A stretch of 40,358 bases of DNA from a virus (taxonomy: Duplodnaviria > Caudoviricetes), in the IMG/VR virus record IMGVR_UViG_3300020181_000017, positions 1 through 40,358 of that record; one strand, 5' to 3'. Shown here piece by piece: positions 7,563-17,729 of this stretch. Each line of letters begins with the position of its first letter. Position 1 is the first letter of the stretch. The notes under the pieces are model-generated. The model was not told the origin of the DNA and searched no databases. It was given only the letters and a program-made list of their open reading frames with translations. The position numbers were made by a program, and so were the translations under genes.

Positions 7563-8765
7563 CTAAATGATCATAACGCGCGGCTGAAACGCTGAAGGTG
7601 TGGGTGGCGGCCCGGTGCTGATGTACGCAACGGCACTAAACGTAGAGCTGAGGGAATCAGCAGGGGTACCGGTTCCGATGCGACCAACAGCGAGCAGATC
7701 GAGTGCAGCGAGGGTGTCTGAGCCTGTCGTGTCACTCCCTGTCACCGCAGCATCAGCAAGGTTTACAGTGAGGTTTCCTGCGCTAAGGTTGACCCGCGAA
7801 TTGTACGTCCATGACTTGCCCGCGCCAGGTGCAGCACCGTGGGCAACGTACATGTTCTTCAAGGTGAACCCGATTGGCACAACCGACGCCATGATGGTTT
7901 CGGTCGGGCTCGTTACACTTGTGCCATGTGGGGGTCCGTACCGCTGAGTGACGTTTGATGTGCTGGTCCACCTCGCAAGAAACGGCGACTCTCCGTCGAT
8001 CGTAGGTCGGAAGCGCATTCCTATAAAAGGAATTGAGGAAGTTGGAGTACCTGAAGGCGCAACCTCGATTGAGAGGAGGTCCCCAGGAACTACGGTCACG
8101 GAATCGACTAGATTATTGCTCGTGTTGCTCGCGCCAACTACGCTAGCACTTAGCGCAGTAGCAGACCCGTTCTTGAAAAGAGTGACCGTATAGGAAGCGA
8201 CACCGCCTGGAGTGCTGCTGTGTCGTAGATAGAGCTGGTCAATCGTACCGGAAGTCGGAAAAGGTACGGCCACACGCGCTTCTATCGAACTTGACCCTCC
8301 TGAGCCGAATAGAGGACGATACTCAATCGCCGAGTTAGAAGCGGGGTCCCAACCAGCTACCATCGGCGTTTCTCCAGCGTTGGTACCCTCAAACGTGGTG
8401 GCAATGAAGACGTTTACGACTGCGGGTGCGGCGGTAGGTACAATCACCCAACCTAGAAGATCGCCGGGTGCGACGGTTATAGGATGGCTACTATCAACGG
8501 CCTGGGTTGCCGTGTCACTTACCGTGACAGTCAGGGTGGTGGCCGAGCTGTTTTTGTAGAGCGTCGCAGTGTAGGACGTGCCCACACCCGGCGCTCCCGA
8601 TAGGGTCATCACAAGGTTGTTGATCGTACCGGCTACGGCTATAGGCGCGTTTGCACGGATGAGTGCTGTCGGTAGTCCCGGCCCCCCTCCTGCCTCGTAT
8701 GGGAAATACCTCGTAGTGGTGGAACTTAGGGCGGCCTGGAGAGGACCGAATACAGGCTTAATCAT
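7563..8765 (-). CDS. Putative receptor-binding / tail-associated protein with three tandem beta-sandwich repeats
   Basis: Thr/Ser/Gly-rich; three copies of T(I/L)xx(L/M)..PG...(Y/W)T.....N...DLL; start MIKPV at 8765. Confidence 0.65.
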   Translation of the reverse strand: MIKPVFGPLQAALSSTTTRYFPYEAGGGPGLPTALIRANAPIAVAGTINNLVMTLSGAPGVGTSYTATLYKNSSATTLTVTVSDTATQAVDSSHPITVAPGDLLGWVIVPTAAPAVVNVFIATTFEGTNAGETPMVAGWDPASNSAIEYRPLFGSGGSSSIEARVAVPFPTSGTIDQLYLRHSSTPGGVASYTVTLFKNGSATALSASVVGASNTSNNLVDSVTVVPGDLLSIEVAPSGTPTSSIPFIGMRFRPTIDGESPFLARWTSTSNVTQRYGPPHGTSVTSPTETIMASVVPIGFTLKNMYVAHGAAPGAGKSWTYNSRVNLSAGNLTVNLADAAVTGSDTTGSDTLAALDLLAVGRIGTGTPADSLSSTFSAVAYISTGPPPTPSAFQPRVMII

Positions 8766-8994
8766 ACTCCTGTTCGGCGGCTTCCCGCTTCGCGCACTCC
8801 TCTGCGTGTTTGGCCCGTAGCTGCTGCTCCTCAACCTCGGCTGGGCCGGTCGGATCGCAAATCTCGCACTGGTTCCCGACACACTGCACCGACGAGTACT
8901 CGGTCCCCATATCAGCCAAAACCGCTACAAGGTTCGCCTGTAGCAGGTTGATCTCGTCTTGCGGCCAGCCCTCGATGTTGAAGGTCTTTTTCAT
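8758..8994 (-). CDS. Small hypothetical protein (possible fibre chaperone)
   Basis: 78 aa between two fibre-like genes. Confidence 0.6.
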   Translation of the reverse strand: MKKTFNIEGWPQDEINLLQANLVAVLADMGTEYSSVQCVGNQCEICDPTGPAEVEEQQLRAKHAEECAKREAAEQEYD

Positions 8995-8996
8995 AG

Positions 8997-10889
8997 CTAC
9001 GGTGTCTGGAACGAGAGGTCGATTGAGACCCCCTTTGTGCCCGTCCCGGCTACATCGAAGTCAATGTAGATCATGTCGCCTGTCTGCACGTCGTCGTTGC
9101 TCGTGTTGATGACGGCAGGGGTAGCAGCATCAACGCTGTCAAACTCGCTGGCGTCGATGGTGAGTGCCGTTGAGAGCATGTCTGCATCCGTTCGCGTGGT
9201 TGCGTTAGTTCGGCGTGAACGGCGGACCTGGAAGGTTGGCACTCCTGAAGAAGAGACGGTTGATACCTGAGCGCCCACTGCGACGAGGTTCATTCCGTTA
9301 AGCTCCGGTGGAACACGGAAGCATACCTTCCCGTCGCCCGTGGTGATCGCGTCTCCAAGTGGGTCAGAAGCGAGGATCGCCACTGACTTCTTCAGGAGGG
9401 GCGAACTCGCCTTGAGCGACGCAGTGATAGAGGGAGTACCACTATTGTAGGTGAAGTCGATGTCCGAAGAATCGACCAGGATATTCCCTACGGCAGCACG
9501 AGCGCGGGGATCGGTGAAGTAGAGATTTCCACTCTCGCTGAGGTCTGCGGTCGTGAAGCCGCTGAGGTTTGAAATATATTCGCTAGGGTTGCTTGCGTCG
9601 TACTTGTCGAGCAAAGCGCTGTCGAGCGCCGCATTGTCCGAAGGAACGCCCGTGAGATCCGCGAACGCTACTGCGCCGCCAGTACCGCCGCTGTACTGGG
9701 GAACGTTGAGAACGCCCGTAGACGGGTTGTAGGTAGCTGCTCCTGCTGAACCTGTGGTCGTGAGGCTGATTGCAGCGCGAGCGTTGGCGTCCGTGTAGGC
9801 CGCTGGGATCGACGGCTTGTTGCTGAGGTCGTTGTAGTTGCCTGAGGTCGCGACGGCTGCCAGGTCGCCCGGCTGCACGGCGCTGTCTGCGAGATCGAGC
9901 GAGGCGTTCACTGAAGCGTCGAGCTTGGTCTCGTCGATTGAGCTCGTCTTGAGCGAGGCGGTGATGTTCTGGCCCGTGAGGGTGAAGTCGATCTCCGCGC
10001 TATCGGTGACGGTCACATTCCCGGTGTTCGTGCCTGAGGTGTTGCCGATGACGACGAGCTGGGCGTCGGTGACGTAGTTCTGGTCTGCCGTAAGAGCTGC
10101 GGCCTTCGCATCAAGGGCAGCTTGAAGGTCAGCTTGATCTGCGATCGCGCCTGTAAGGTCGCCCCATGCAACCGCTGCTCCTGACCCGGCAACGAACTCA
10201 AGGCCCGTGCCCTCCGCGTTGACCTTTACGAAGCGCTGTTCTGATCCAGCGTACGTGTTCGGTGCATCGGTAAGGTCGGTGAAGGCTGCTGCGCCTCCGC
10301 TACTGCCACCACTCGCCCCTACGATGACCTGTGGCCTCTCTAGGTGACGGGTGTACTTCTTGATGAGGTCGATGATGTCCGGGCGGTCTTTGATGTCGTC
10401 CCATGAGACGGCCTTCCCCTTTTTGAGGCGCGACACAATCTCCTCGAACGAGGGCGGCTCTGTTGGCTTGGGAACGCGAGTGAGGGCTTCTTTAATGATG
10501 CCTTCTCGATCCACCTTAGGTACCTGCGCGAGGATGCGCTTGGTGAGGGCGGCCTCATTGAACTTGGCGTCCTCCCCGTTCTTTCCGACCACCTGGCCGA
10601 CGTTGACTACGGCTCCATCTGAGAACGTGAGCACAAGCTCCCGGCCCTGGATCTCGGCCTCCGTGATCGACACGCCATTCTTACCGGGCTCCCCGTCCTT
10701 GAGCTCCTTCTCTGAGAGCTCCACGAGCTTCGGGAGCACCTGAGCAATGCGCTCTGTCGCCGCCACAACGTCGTCGAGAGGGTCCTTCTTCGCCTCCTTG
10801 ATACTCTCTTCGAGTTTCCCGAGGGCCTTCACAATTGCTACGACATAATCGCGCGTGTTGTCCTGCGGGGCTGGTGTTTTAGGAGGCAT
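8997..10889 (-). CDS. Tail fibre protein
   Basis: Short collagen-like GxxG stretches; WGDLTG, VATSGNYNDLSNKP, FADLTGVP and NLYFTDPRARAA fibre repeats; C-terminal beta-sandwich. Confidence 0.75.
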   Translation of the reverse strand: MPPKTPAPQDNTRDYVVAIVKALGKLEESIKEAKKDPLDDVVAATERIAQVLPKLVELSEKELKDGEPGKNGVSITEAEIQGRELVLTFSDGAVVNVGQVVGKNGEDAKFNEAALTKRILAQVPKVDREGIIKEALTRVPKPTEPPSFEEIVSRLKKGKAVSWDDIKDRPDIIDLIKKYTRHLERPQVIVGASGGSSGGAAAFTDLTDAPNTYAGSEQRFVKVNAEGTGLEFVAGSGAAVAWGDLTGAIADQADLQAALDAKAAALTADQNYVTDAQLVVIGNTSGTNTGNVTVTDSAEIDFTLTGQNITASLKTSSIDETKLDASVNASLDLADSAVQPGDLAAVATSGNYNDLSNKPSIPAAYTDANARAAISLTTTGSAGAATYNPSTGVLNVPQYSGGTGGAVAFADLTGVPSDNAALDSALLDKYDASNPSEYISNLSGFTTADLSESGNLYFTDPRARAAVGNILVDSSDIDFTYNSGTPSITASLKASSPLLKKSVAILASDPLGDAITTGDGKVCFRVPPELNGMNLVAVGAQVSTVSSSGVPTFQVRRSRRTNATTRTDADMLSTALTIDASEFDSVDAATPAVINTSNDDVQTGDMIYIDFDVAGTGTKGVSIDLSFQTP

Positions 10890-10934
10890 GTGTAGAAATA
10901 TTATACTAGTAAGGCGTAGCGCTTCCGGTGTGTA

Positions 10935-13900
10935 CTATTCCCACTCCACCTTCAGCTTTTTGGCGCGGGCGTCCGCCATCCACTTCTCCTGCTTACCCGC
11001 ATCGATGAGCGCGAGTGCCCATAGCGTTGCGAACTCAGGATCATCCGCCATCGCGTCACTGATCTGCGGGAACGCCTTGCTGTTGATCTGGAAGATGCCG
11101 CGATCAACCGACCTGACGCCCTTCCTAGAAGTGTTGTGCAGGCGTGCTTTCGGATCGAGATCTCCTTCTGCGAGCGCTAGCTTCAAGAGGTAGCGGGTGT
11201 AGTCAGGGTTCACGCTGTCCGAGATCTGCTTGATGCGGTTCAACACCGCGAGCTTCTTCGGATCAGTGATCTTCGTGCTGCGGCCGTTCTCGTGGTACAC
11301 CACTGCCTTCATCGGCTTCTTCGGTGCGCCGAGATTGAGCTTGGCCCGGTCGATAGGCACTACCTTGCCGCGTTCATCCTCGATCGTCGGGATGCCGTTC
11401 TCACTGAAGGTGAGCTTCTTAGGACGCGCAACGGCAACGGCTGGCTTTGCGCTCCTTGGTGCTGGAGCCCCCGGCTCGTACCCTTCAGGCCAGGTGGAAG
11501 GATCGTCGTCACGTACTTCGATGATCTCCACAGGTGGCTTAGGCGCGATCGCCTCTCCAGCGGCGGAGACGGCCTTCTTTGCGCCTGCGTACGCCACCTT
11601 TCCGAGGATACCGAGGCCCTGAGCGGTGTTCTTGGCGGCCCACTTGGAGCCTTCAACGGCGAAGTCACCGGCTGCGGCCGGGATGCCGTCGATAGTCTCC
11701 TGTAGGAGGCCCTTGTAAGGCGCTGGCGCTGGCTCTCCCTCGCTCGCTTGCGCTGTTTTCGCACCTGTCAGCGTCGCTAGGAGCTTAGAAGCGTCGATGC
11801 CCTCGCCTTCAGCGGGAGCCATTGAGGTCTTATCCCCTGAAGCGGATGTAGCTTCCTTCGCCTGCTCCTTGAGCAACTGGTAGTAGCGCTTCTGATCCTC
11901 CGATAGTGCGTCGTATGCGGAGATAGCCTCATCTACGCGTCCTTCCGCCTTCATCCTGCGGATTTCTTGGAAGACAGGTAGGATCTCCGCCTTGCCCTTC
12001 TTTGTCTCGGCCGCCTTCACCGAGGACTTGTGCTTCTTGTAGGCGGCTAGCTCCTTCTCATCGAGGGAGTTGTACAAGTTGATAGCCTCCTGAACGCGGC
12101 CCTCCTCTTTCATGAGTTGAATTTCATCGTAAAACATCATGGCCCGCTCTCTGGAACCGTAATCCCACTCTTGATCCTCTGTCTGGCGGGTGAAAGAGAC
12201 GGGAGAAAACGCGTTAGCGACACGGTCCTTGTTCGGGATCGGGTTGAGGTCGCTATCAACACGCTCCGGGACCATCTGCGACAGGCCGGGAATGTTCATC
12301 ATCAAGAGCTGCACCTGCTGCTCGATGAAGCCTGCATCGCGGTTGACCTTGCGCTGGGTGTCATCGGTGAGACGGGCAAGCCAGCCGCCGAGAGCGCGGA
12401 AAGGTACAAACTGCTGTGCGTAGTTGGAGGCTATACCCTCGATGCCGTACTCGCCGTTGATTAGCTCCCCGATACCCTTCGCGTACGACTGATCCTTGAG
12501 GAAGTCGCCGTACTTGCCGATAGAAGCGAGCACCCACGCGGTCGTAGTCTCGTCGGCCTTCCGTTCTTTCTCGGCGTTGTGGATCGCGGCCGTCATAGCA
12601 AGAGGGAAGGCAAGGCCAGGCGGTAGCTTCTGATAGGAGAGCCAAGTGTCGCCCACCTTCACCGAGTAGGGCTGCATACCTGCGGCGCGGAAGTCGTTAC
12701 GCGCATCCCCGGTAGGCTCTGCCCATGTGAGGCGGTTGCTGGTCAGGAGGGTAGCTGCACCTGCAAACACGGCGGAGCCCACGATGGCCTTCGAGAGCTG
12801 CTCGGTCGTGTCTCCGGCGAGCTGCATGTGCTTGCCGCCCTTGTTTCCAACGAGGTTGGCGAAGCCAAGCGGGGAATACTCGATACCTTGCTTGAAGATG
12901 TTCGTAGGGGTGCGAACGAAGGGAAGTGCAAACTTGGCAATCGTGGAGACAACCGGGCCTGTTCGCTCTGGATCTCGGGCCATTTGGATGACACGCGTGA
13001 GGTCATCAACGGCGTCGAGGATGTAGCCCTGCTCGACTGCACCTGGCTCCTGTCGGAAGAGCCGGTAAGCAGCGGTGTTCTCGGCGTTAGCGTCGGCGTT
13101 GCCGACCACCTTGCCGCCCTTCTTCACGCGGTAGGCGGACGCGCCCTTCTCTCCAGCTTCGACAAGCGCCGTGAAGAACTGGTCAGAAGCCTCGAGGAGT
13201 TTGGTCGGTACGCTGAGGGTCTTTACTGCGAGCCCGGCCGTGCCCTTGTTGGCGATCGGGATGGTGCGGAGGTCCACGTCCGTGAAGCCGCGCTTACCTG
13301 CGAGCACCTCTCCGAACCGGGTAGACGCCTCTCTGAGGCCCTTGAAGTAGTTGGCCACGTAGGCTGCACCCTCGCCCGCAAAGCGCTCTTGCTGGGTGCC
13401 GGTAGCGGTTGCGCGTAGCCAGTCGAGCCCGCCCTCCACGGCCTTCTGAATAGGGGCGATGGCGAGTGAGTTAGGGAGGTTGCCGCCGATGGCGTTGAGG
13501 ATGTGGGTCTTTGGGCTCGAAAGCATCGAGTTGTAGCGAACAAGATCTACCCACTCCATCGCGCTTGGCTTGACGAACTTGCGGTAGAAATCGGTTGCCT
13601 GGTTCAGGTCATTGAAGTCCACACCCTCGGCCGCCTTAATCACCTCGTCGATCTTCGCGTCAGTCTTCATCACCGCGTCGAGGATGAGTTCTTTCTGCGT
13701 GACACTCCTAGCGTCTGCTCCGATGGAGAACGACTGGAGCTTGCGTCCAATGTCCGCCGCCTGGGTCTTAATCGCGATCAGGTTATCGATGTAGTCCTGG
13801 TCCACCTTGCCGGTCTCTGCGGCTGCGGCGAGCTTCTGGCGGGCACGGAGCATGGACGCCTCCCATTCGAGGGTCTTCTCCGCGCCGACTGCACGGTTCA

Positions 13901-14792
13901 TCACCCGGCCGGTCTTCTCTGCCTCCGCGATGACCTGGGCGTTCGTTAGCTTGGTGCCGGTCTTAGCTTCTATAAAAGGGCGTACTTCCTCAGCGGTACG
14001 CGCAACGGTGGCCTTGGCTTCATCAGAGATGTTGAGCCTGTCCACGTTGATAAGGTTGCTGTTCTGTATCTTTACTGCATCATCAGACGATGGAACACCT
14101 GATTGAGGTACCCGTCGCTCTGTTCCGGCTGGCCCTAGCTGTGACGCTGCTTTTGGCGATTGCTGCTTTGCCGTTGATGCTGGGGACGGCGATAGGTCTA
14201 ATATTTTAGACGCCTTCGCTGCGTCGTCTGCTGCTCCGGCGGCCTTAGCTGCCTTGGTGCTCGCTACTCCTGGAATGAAGTTCGAGAGTACATCTGCGGT
14301 ACGGAGTGAGCGTGCTTCTGCTGCACTCTTTGGCCTGCCATATTCAATGATGGCATCACCAGCTCTCGCAACGGCGGAACCTACTCGGGTATCCGCAATC
14401 TTGCCACCGACCGTAGCTGCGCCGGGAATGAAGGTCGATAGGCCACCTAGTCCGCCAGCGATCTCTGCCGGGAGCCGGGTCAATGCCACGGCCTTGTCCC
14501 TGATGGTCGGATCAGAAGCCGCGAGCTGTTCCTCCGTGTATCCACGAGGGCTGTAGAACATCTCCTTTAAGACCGCAGGAACGCCTGTGACGGTGTTTCG
14601 GGCTATACCTAGTCCAGTCTCCGCCCTGAAGGCTCCAGTGCCCGTGACGGCCTGTTTTACGCCTTGAGCAGCGTTGTAGCCGAAGTTCTGGAGGCTCCGT
14701 TCCGCATTGGCCTTTGCAGCGAGAACACCCTTCCCGCTCTTGGCGACGTTCTGCGCTGTCTTGAAAAGGAGGTCGAGAGGGGAAGTCGCCAT
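10935..14792 (-). CDS. Large internal virion/ejection protein with C-terminal lytic transglycosylase domain
   Basis: 1285 aa, helical; C-terminal LAEG..DRGIFQINS..W muramidase motif; position typical of podovirus ejection proteins. Confidence 0.75.
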   Translation of the reverse strand: MATSPLDLLFKTAQNVAKSGKGVLAAKANAERSLQNFGYNAAQGVKQAVTGTGAFRAETGLGIARNTVTGVPAVLKEMFYSPRGYTEEQLAASDPTIRDKAVALTRLPAEIAGGLGGLSTFIPGAATVGGKIADTRVGSAVARAGDAIIEYGRPKSAAEARSLRTADVLSNFIPGVASTKAAKAAGAADDAAKASKILDLSPSPASTAKQQSPKAASQLGPAGTERRVPQSGVPSSDDAVKIQNSNLINVDRLNISDEAKATVARTAEEVRPFIEAKTGTKLTNAQVIAEAEKTGRVMNRAVGAEKTLEWEASMLRARQKLAAAAETGKVDQDYIDNLIAIKTQAADIGRKLQSFSIGADARSVTQKELILDAVMKTDAKIDEVIKAAEGVDFNDLNQATDFYRKFVKPSAMEWVDLVRYNSMLSSPKTHILNAIGGNLPNSLAIAPIQKAVEGGLDWLRATATGTQQERFAGEGAAYVANYFKGLREASTRFGEVLAGKRGFTDVDLRTIPIANKGTAGLAVKTLSVPTKLLEASDQFFTALVEAGEKGASAYRVKKGGKVVGNADANAENTAAYRLFRQEPGAVEQGYILDAVDDLTRVIQMARDPERTGPVVSTIAKFALPFVRTPTNIFKQGIEYSPLGFANLVGNKGGKHMQLAGDTTEQLSKAIVGSAVFAGAATLLTSNRLTWAEPTGDARNDFRAAGMQPYSVKVGDTWLSYQKLPPGLAFPLAMTAAIHNAEKERKADETTTAWVLASIGKYGDFLKDQSYAKGIGELINGEYGIEGIASNYAQQFVPFRALGGWLARLTDDTQRKVNRDAGFIEQQVQLLMMNIPGLSQMVPERVDSDLNPIPNKDRVANAFSPVSFTRQTEDQEWDYGSRERAMMFYDEIQLMKEEGRVQEAINLYNSLDEKELAAYKKHKSSVKAAETKKGKAEILPVFQEIRRMKAEGRVDEAISAYDALSEDQKRYYQLLKEQAKEATSASGDKTSMAPAEGEGIDASKLLATLTGAKTAQASEGEPAPAPYKGLLQETIDGIPAAAGDFAVEGSKWAAKNTAQGLGILGKVAYAGAKKAVSAAGEAIAPKPPVEIIEVRDDDPSTWPEGYEPGAPAPRSAKPAVAVARPKKLTFSENGIPTIEDERGKVVPIDRAKLNLGAPKKPMKAVVYHENGRSTKITDPKKLAVLNRIKQISDSVNPDYTRYLLKLALAEGDLDPKARLHNTSRKGVRSVDRGIFQINSKAFPQISDAMADDPEFATLWALALIDAGKQEKWMADARAKKLKVEWE

Positions 14793-14795
14793 ACT

Positions 14796-16577
14796 TTAGA
14801 GGTCATCGACGCTCGTACCACTACCCCCTCCACCTGAAGCACCTTTGTTCTGCGCCTTCCAAGCGTAGTAGCTATTAGTGATGTTCTCGATGGTCGGGTT
14901 CTTGTTGTTGCCGAGAGCTACCTCTCGTATCCACGCCTGACGGAACGCGGGCTCCGTACCAGACAGGAAGAAGGTCTGAACCTCGGCAGGGCTCTTTGCC
15001 AGTCCTGCGGATGCGAGATCACGCTTGTTGGTAGGAGTAAGGTGCTCGCTGAACGCGTTGTAGTCGTAGAGAGCTGAGGTCTTAGCCGCGTCCTTCGCGT
15101 TCTTCTCCGCGAGAGCCTTAGCCTCCTTGGTGTACTTCTCACGCTGCGTGCGTAGCTCGCCTGCCGCCTTGTCAGTGATGCTGTAGATCTTGTCCCAAGC
15201 AGTAGCTTCGAGCTTCTGGATCTCCTTGAGCACCTCCTCCTTCTCCTTGGTGAGGTCGCCCTGGATGTCGAGGATGGCCTGATCGGTGTCGAGCTCGATC
15301 TGCGAGACGGCCTCCTTCATCTTGATTTCGATTGCCTTATTGGCGAACCGGACGTTGGTACGGAGCTGCTGCTTCTGCTGCTGGTACTTCTGCTCCAGCA
15401 TCGCGAGCTTCACCGGTGCAGCACCCGTGGTGTTGAGCGCACCCAGCTTGGCGAGCATACCGGTGGCGTAGTTCTTAGCAGCGAGGCGGTTCTCCTCGAT
15501 CTGCGCCTCCTCGATTTCGAGGTCTGCCTCATTCTTGCGGATGGCAAGGTCGGCCTGGGCGCGGATGTTGCGCTCGTCGGCCTTCTCCTGGCGCTCAATG
15601 AGCTTCTTCTGCTCCTCGGCCTGGATGCGCTTCTCCTGGAGCACGCCGATGCTCTCTGGGGTGCCGAAATAGAGGTCGCGGTACTGCTGCGGGATCTGTG
15701 CGGTGCGCATGATCTGCTCCTGGGCGAGCTGGCGCTCAGGGAAGAGGGCTTCAAAGGCGTCTGCGTCAGCCTGTGGAGCGCCTTGAGGGGCGTTGAGCGG
15801 GATGCCAGCCAGGTAATCGGCCGTGGATTGCTCGTTCGGCTGCACTGGGAAGGCTGGCTGCGCCGCAATCCGGGATCGGACGGAGTTCAGGTCGCCTCCG
15901 GCGCGCTTGAACGCCTCCATGCCCGCTGCGAAGTCGCGATCGGTGTTGAGAAGGGTGTCGAAGTCCTCGGGACGATCAAAGAGACGAGCAAACTCGTTCG
16001 CGGTGCTCTCGTAGAGGCCTGCGAGCTTCTCCTTCTTGGTGCCCTTAGAGGTCCAGGGGTCGCTGTTGGTGTCCTGTAGCTTGGCGTTGAAGCCTTCAAA
16101 GGTCTTCTTCGCCCCTGAAAGCGTCTCAGGGTTAAAGGCGTAGCTGGTGCCCGCCATTACCTCGCGCTTGCGGCTGTCGCGCATCTGCTGCGCCTTGGCC
16201 TGGGCGTCTCCAACTGAGAGACCAACGAAGTCCTGCTCCCGGACAACGCCCGTCAGGTTGTAGGCTTTGGCGATGGATGCGGCCCGAGCTCGGTCCACGG
16301 GAGGCAGTTTGCTCACGCCAGGGAACTGGTTGTCCTTGGTCCCCTCGTAGCCGTACGGGTTCTCCTGCTGCTCATTGCGTAGAGACACCCCGGTAGGAAA
16401 TCCGGTGCCTGTGGAGCCAGGTGCGAGGCTCTCGAAGCCTCCGTCACCGAAGGTAGTGGACGCGAAGGTTGATGCACCGAGCACCTCACCCTTCTTTCCC
16501 GTCCCGGTAACGGCCTTGTACGCCTTGGACCCCTCCTTGTAGTTCTTGCCCCCGATTTTGACTGTTTTGCGTGCCAT
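14796..16577 (-). CDS. Internal virion/ejection protein (coiled coil)
   Basis: Q/E/K/A-rich helical 593 aa, directly upstream of the large ejection gene. Confidence 0.6.
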   Translation of the reverse strand: MARKTVKIGGKNYKEGSKAYKAVTGTGKKGEVLGASTFASTTFGDGGFESLAPGSTGTGFPTGVSLRNEQQENPYGYEGTKDNQFPGVSKLPPVDRARAASIAKAYNLTGVVREQDFVGLSVGDAQAKAQQMRDSRKREVMAGTSYAFNPETLSGAKKTFEGFNAKLQDTNSDPWTSKGTKKEKLAGLYESTANEFARLFDRPEDFDTLLNTDRDFAAGMEAFKRAGGDLNSVRSRIAAQPAFPVQPNEQSTADYLAGIPLNAPQGAPQADADAFEALFPERQLAQEQIMRTAQIPQQYRDLYFGTPESIGVLQEKRIQAEEQKKLIERQEKADERNIRAQADLAIRKNEADLEIEEAQIEENRLAAKNYATGMLAKLGALNTTGAAPVKLAMLEQKYQQQKQQLRTNVRFANKAIEIKMKEAVSQIELDTDQAILDIQGDLTKEKEEVLKEIQKLEATAWDKIYSITDKAAGELRTQREKYTKEAKALAEKNAKDAAKTSALYDYNAFSEHLTPTNKRDLASAGLAKSPAEVQTFFLSGTEPAFRQAWIREVALGNNKNPTIENITNSYYAWKAQNKGASGGGGSGTSVDDL

Positions 16578-16578
16578 A

Positions 16579-17718
16579 TTAGGCGGTGATTACGCCTTCA
16601 ACCTCCCAATAGAACGTCTGCGTTCCGGATGGCGAACCGTTTTTGGTCCAGGTGATAGTGATGTTGGTCGCATCTACCGTGATCGTGCCCGTCTGGTAGT
16701 AGGTGGCATCGTCACTGTGCATGCGAATGATGAAACTCGATGAGCTGATGGCGGTGTCCGCTTCTGCCGTGCTGCTTCCCTCTCGCAAAAGTAACCCGGT
16801 GGCAGCGTACACCCCATTGGCCCAAGTACCCTCCGTTATGAGTGAGTACTGAGTGGACGGGCAGTACGCCGCCTTCATTCTCACTTTGAGAGGCGTGACA
16901 CCGAGCCCATGAGCGATGACCTGCGTCGTGCTCGCATCGGCTAGGTTCTTGGTGGCCGAACCGGCATTGAAGACCGTGGTAGTGACCACAGCGCCCCCTC
17001 CTGACACGGGCGAGAGCATCTGCATGTTGGTGCCGTCGTACACAACCTCGACGATCTGCCCAGCAGCGATGTTCCCGGTGGCTAGATCCGAACTACCATT
17101 CTTCTTGATCGTCTTCGCACCCAGTCCATTAACGTTAAGTGTGGCTGCTCCCGTGTTCGCGGTGTTGGCTTTGAAGACGAACACCTGGCCCGCTGCGTAT
17201 GCGGTAATCGCTGGCGAAGGAGTGATGGCGTAGGCGTCGGTTGCGCCTGCATCTGCGGCGTAAGGAACGACCACTTTGACGCGTGGATCGTTGTCGCCAA
17301 CGAAGATCGGTGTCGTAGGGGCAACAGGGGCCACTGAGACGCGTCCGATACCCTTGACGCTCGTGGAAGCGTTCGGAGCTCCCGCAGCCACGATGCTCTC
17401 AAGCGCGTCGTCGAGGTCTGCCCAGTGCTGCGCCGTGATGTTCATGCGCACCGGCTCTCCGGCTGCGTGCGCCTGGTCCACCGTCCCGCCCAGTCCTCGA
17501 TCGCTCGCGGATGCGATGGTCACATAGTCCCCGCCCGCGTCCGTCCCGGTCCCAGTGAACCGCACGATCTCTCGAAGCGTGGCACTCGATGGAGAAACGA
17601 CCAGATAGCCGTTGGTGGCCGTTGGTTTGGTGGAGACGTACTTGTTGCCTGCTCCTGTGCTCCAAGCGGTTGCAACTACCTCTTTATAAAAGTCTTGTAC
17701 TGGGTCAATGAGAGCCAT
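16579..17718 (-). CDS. Tail spike / fibre-type structural protein
   Basis: NASTSVKGI repeat and ANTGAATLNVNGLGAKTI motif common in phage tail proteins. Confidence 0.7.
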   Translation of the reverse strand: MALIDPVQDFYKEVVATAWSTGAGNKYVSTKPTATNGYLVVSPSSATLREIVRFTGTGTDAGGDYVTIASASDRGLGGTVDQAHAAGEPVRMNITAQHWADLDDALESIVAAGAPNASTSVKGIGRVSVAPVAPTTPIFVGDNDPRVKVVVPYAADAGATDAYAITPSPAITAYAAGQVFVFKANTANTGAATLNVNGLGAKTIKKNGSSDLATGNIAAGQIVEVVYDGTNMQMLSPVSGGGAVVTTTVFNAGSATKNLADASTTQVIAHGLGVTPLKVRMKAAYCPSTQYSLITEGTWANGVYAATGLLLREGSSTAEADTAISSSSFIIRMHSDDATYYQTGTITVDATNITITWTKNGSPSGTQTFYWEVEGVITA

Positions 17719-17729
17719 ATTTAATAGTA

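Noticed and set aside
10935-14792. Tape measure protein
   Set aside because: No tail tube, chaperone or baseplate genes; the context (adaptor, nozzle) and the terminal muramidase fit an ejection protein better.
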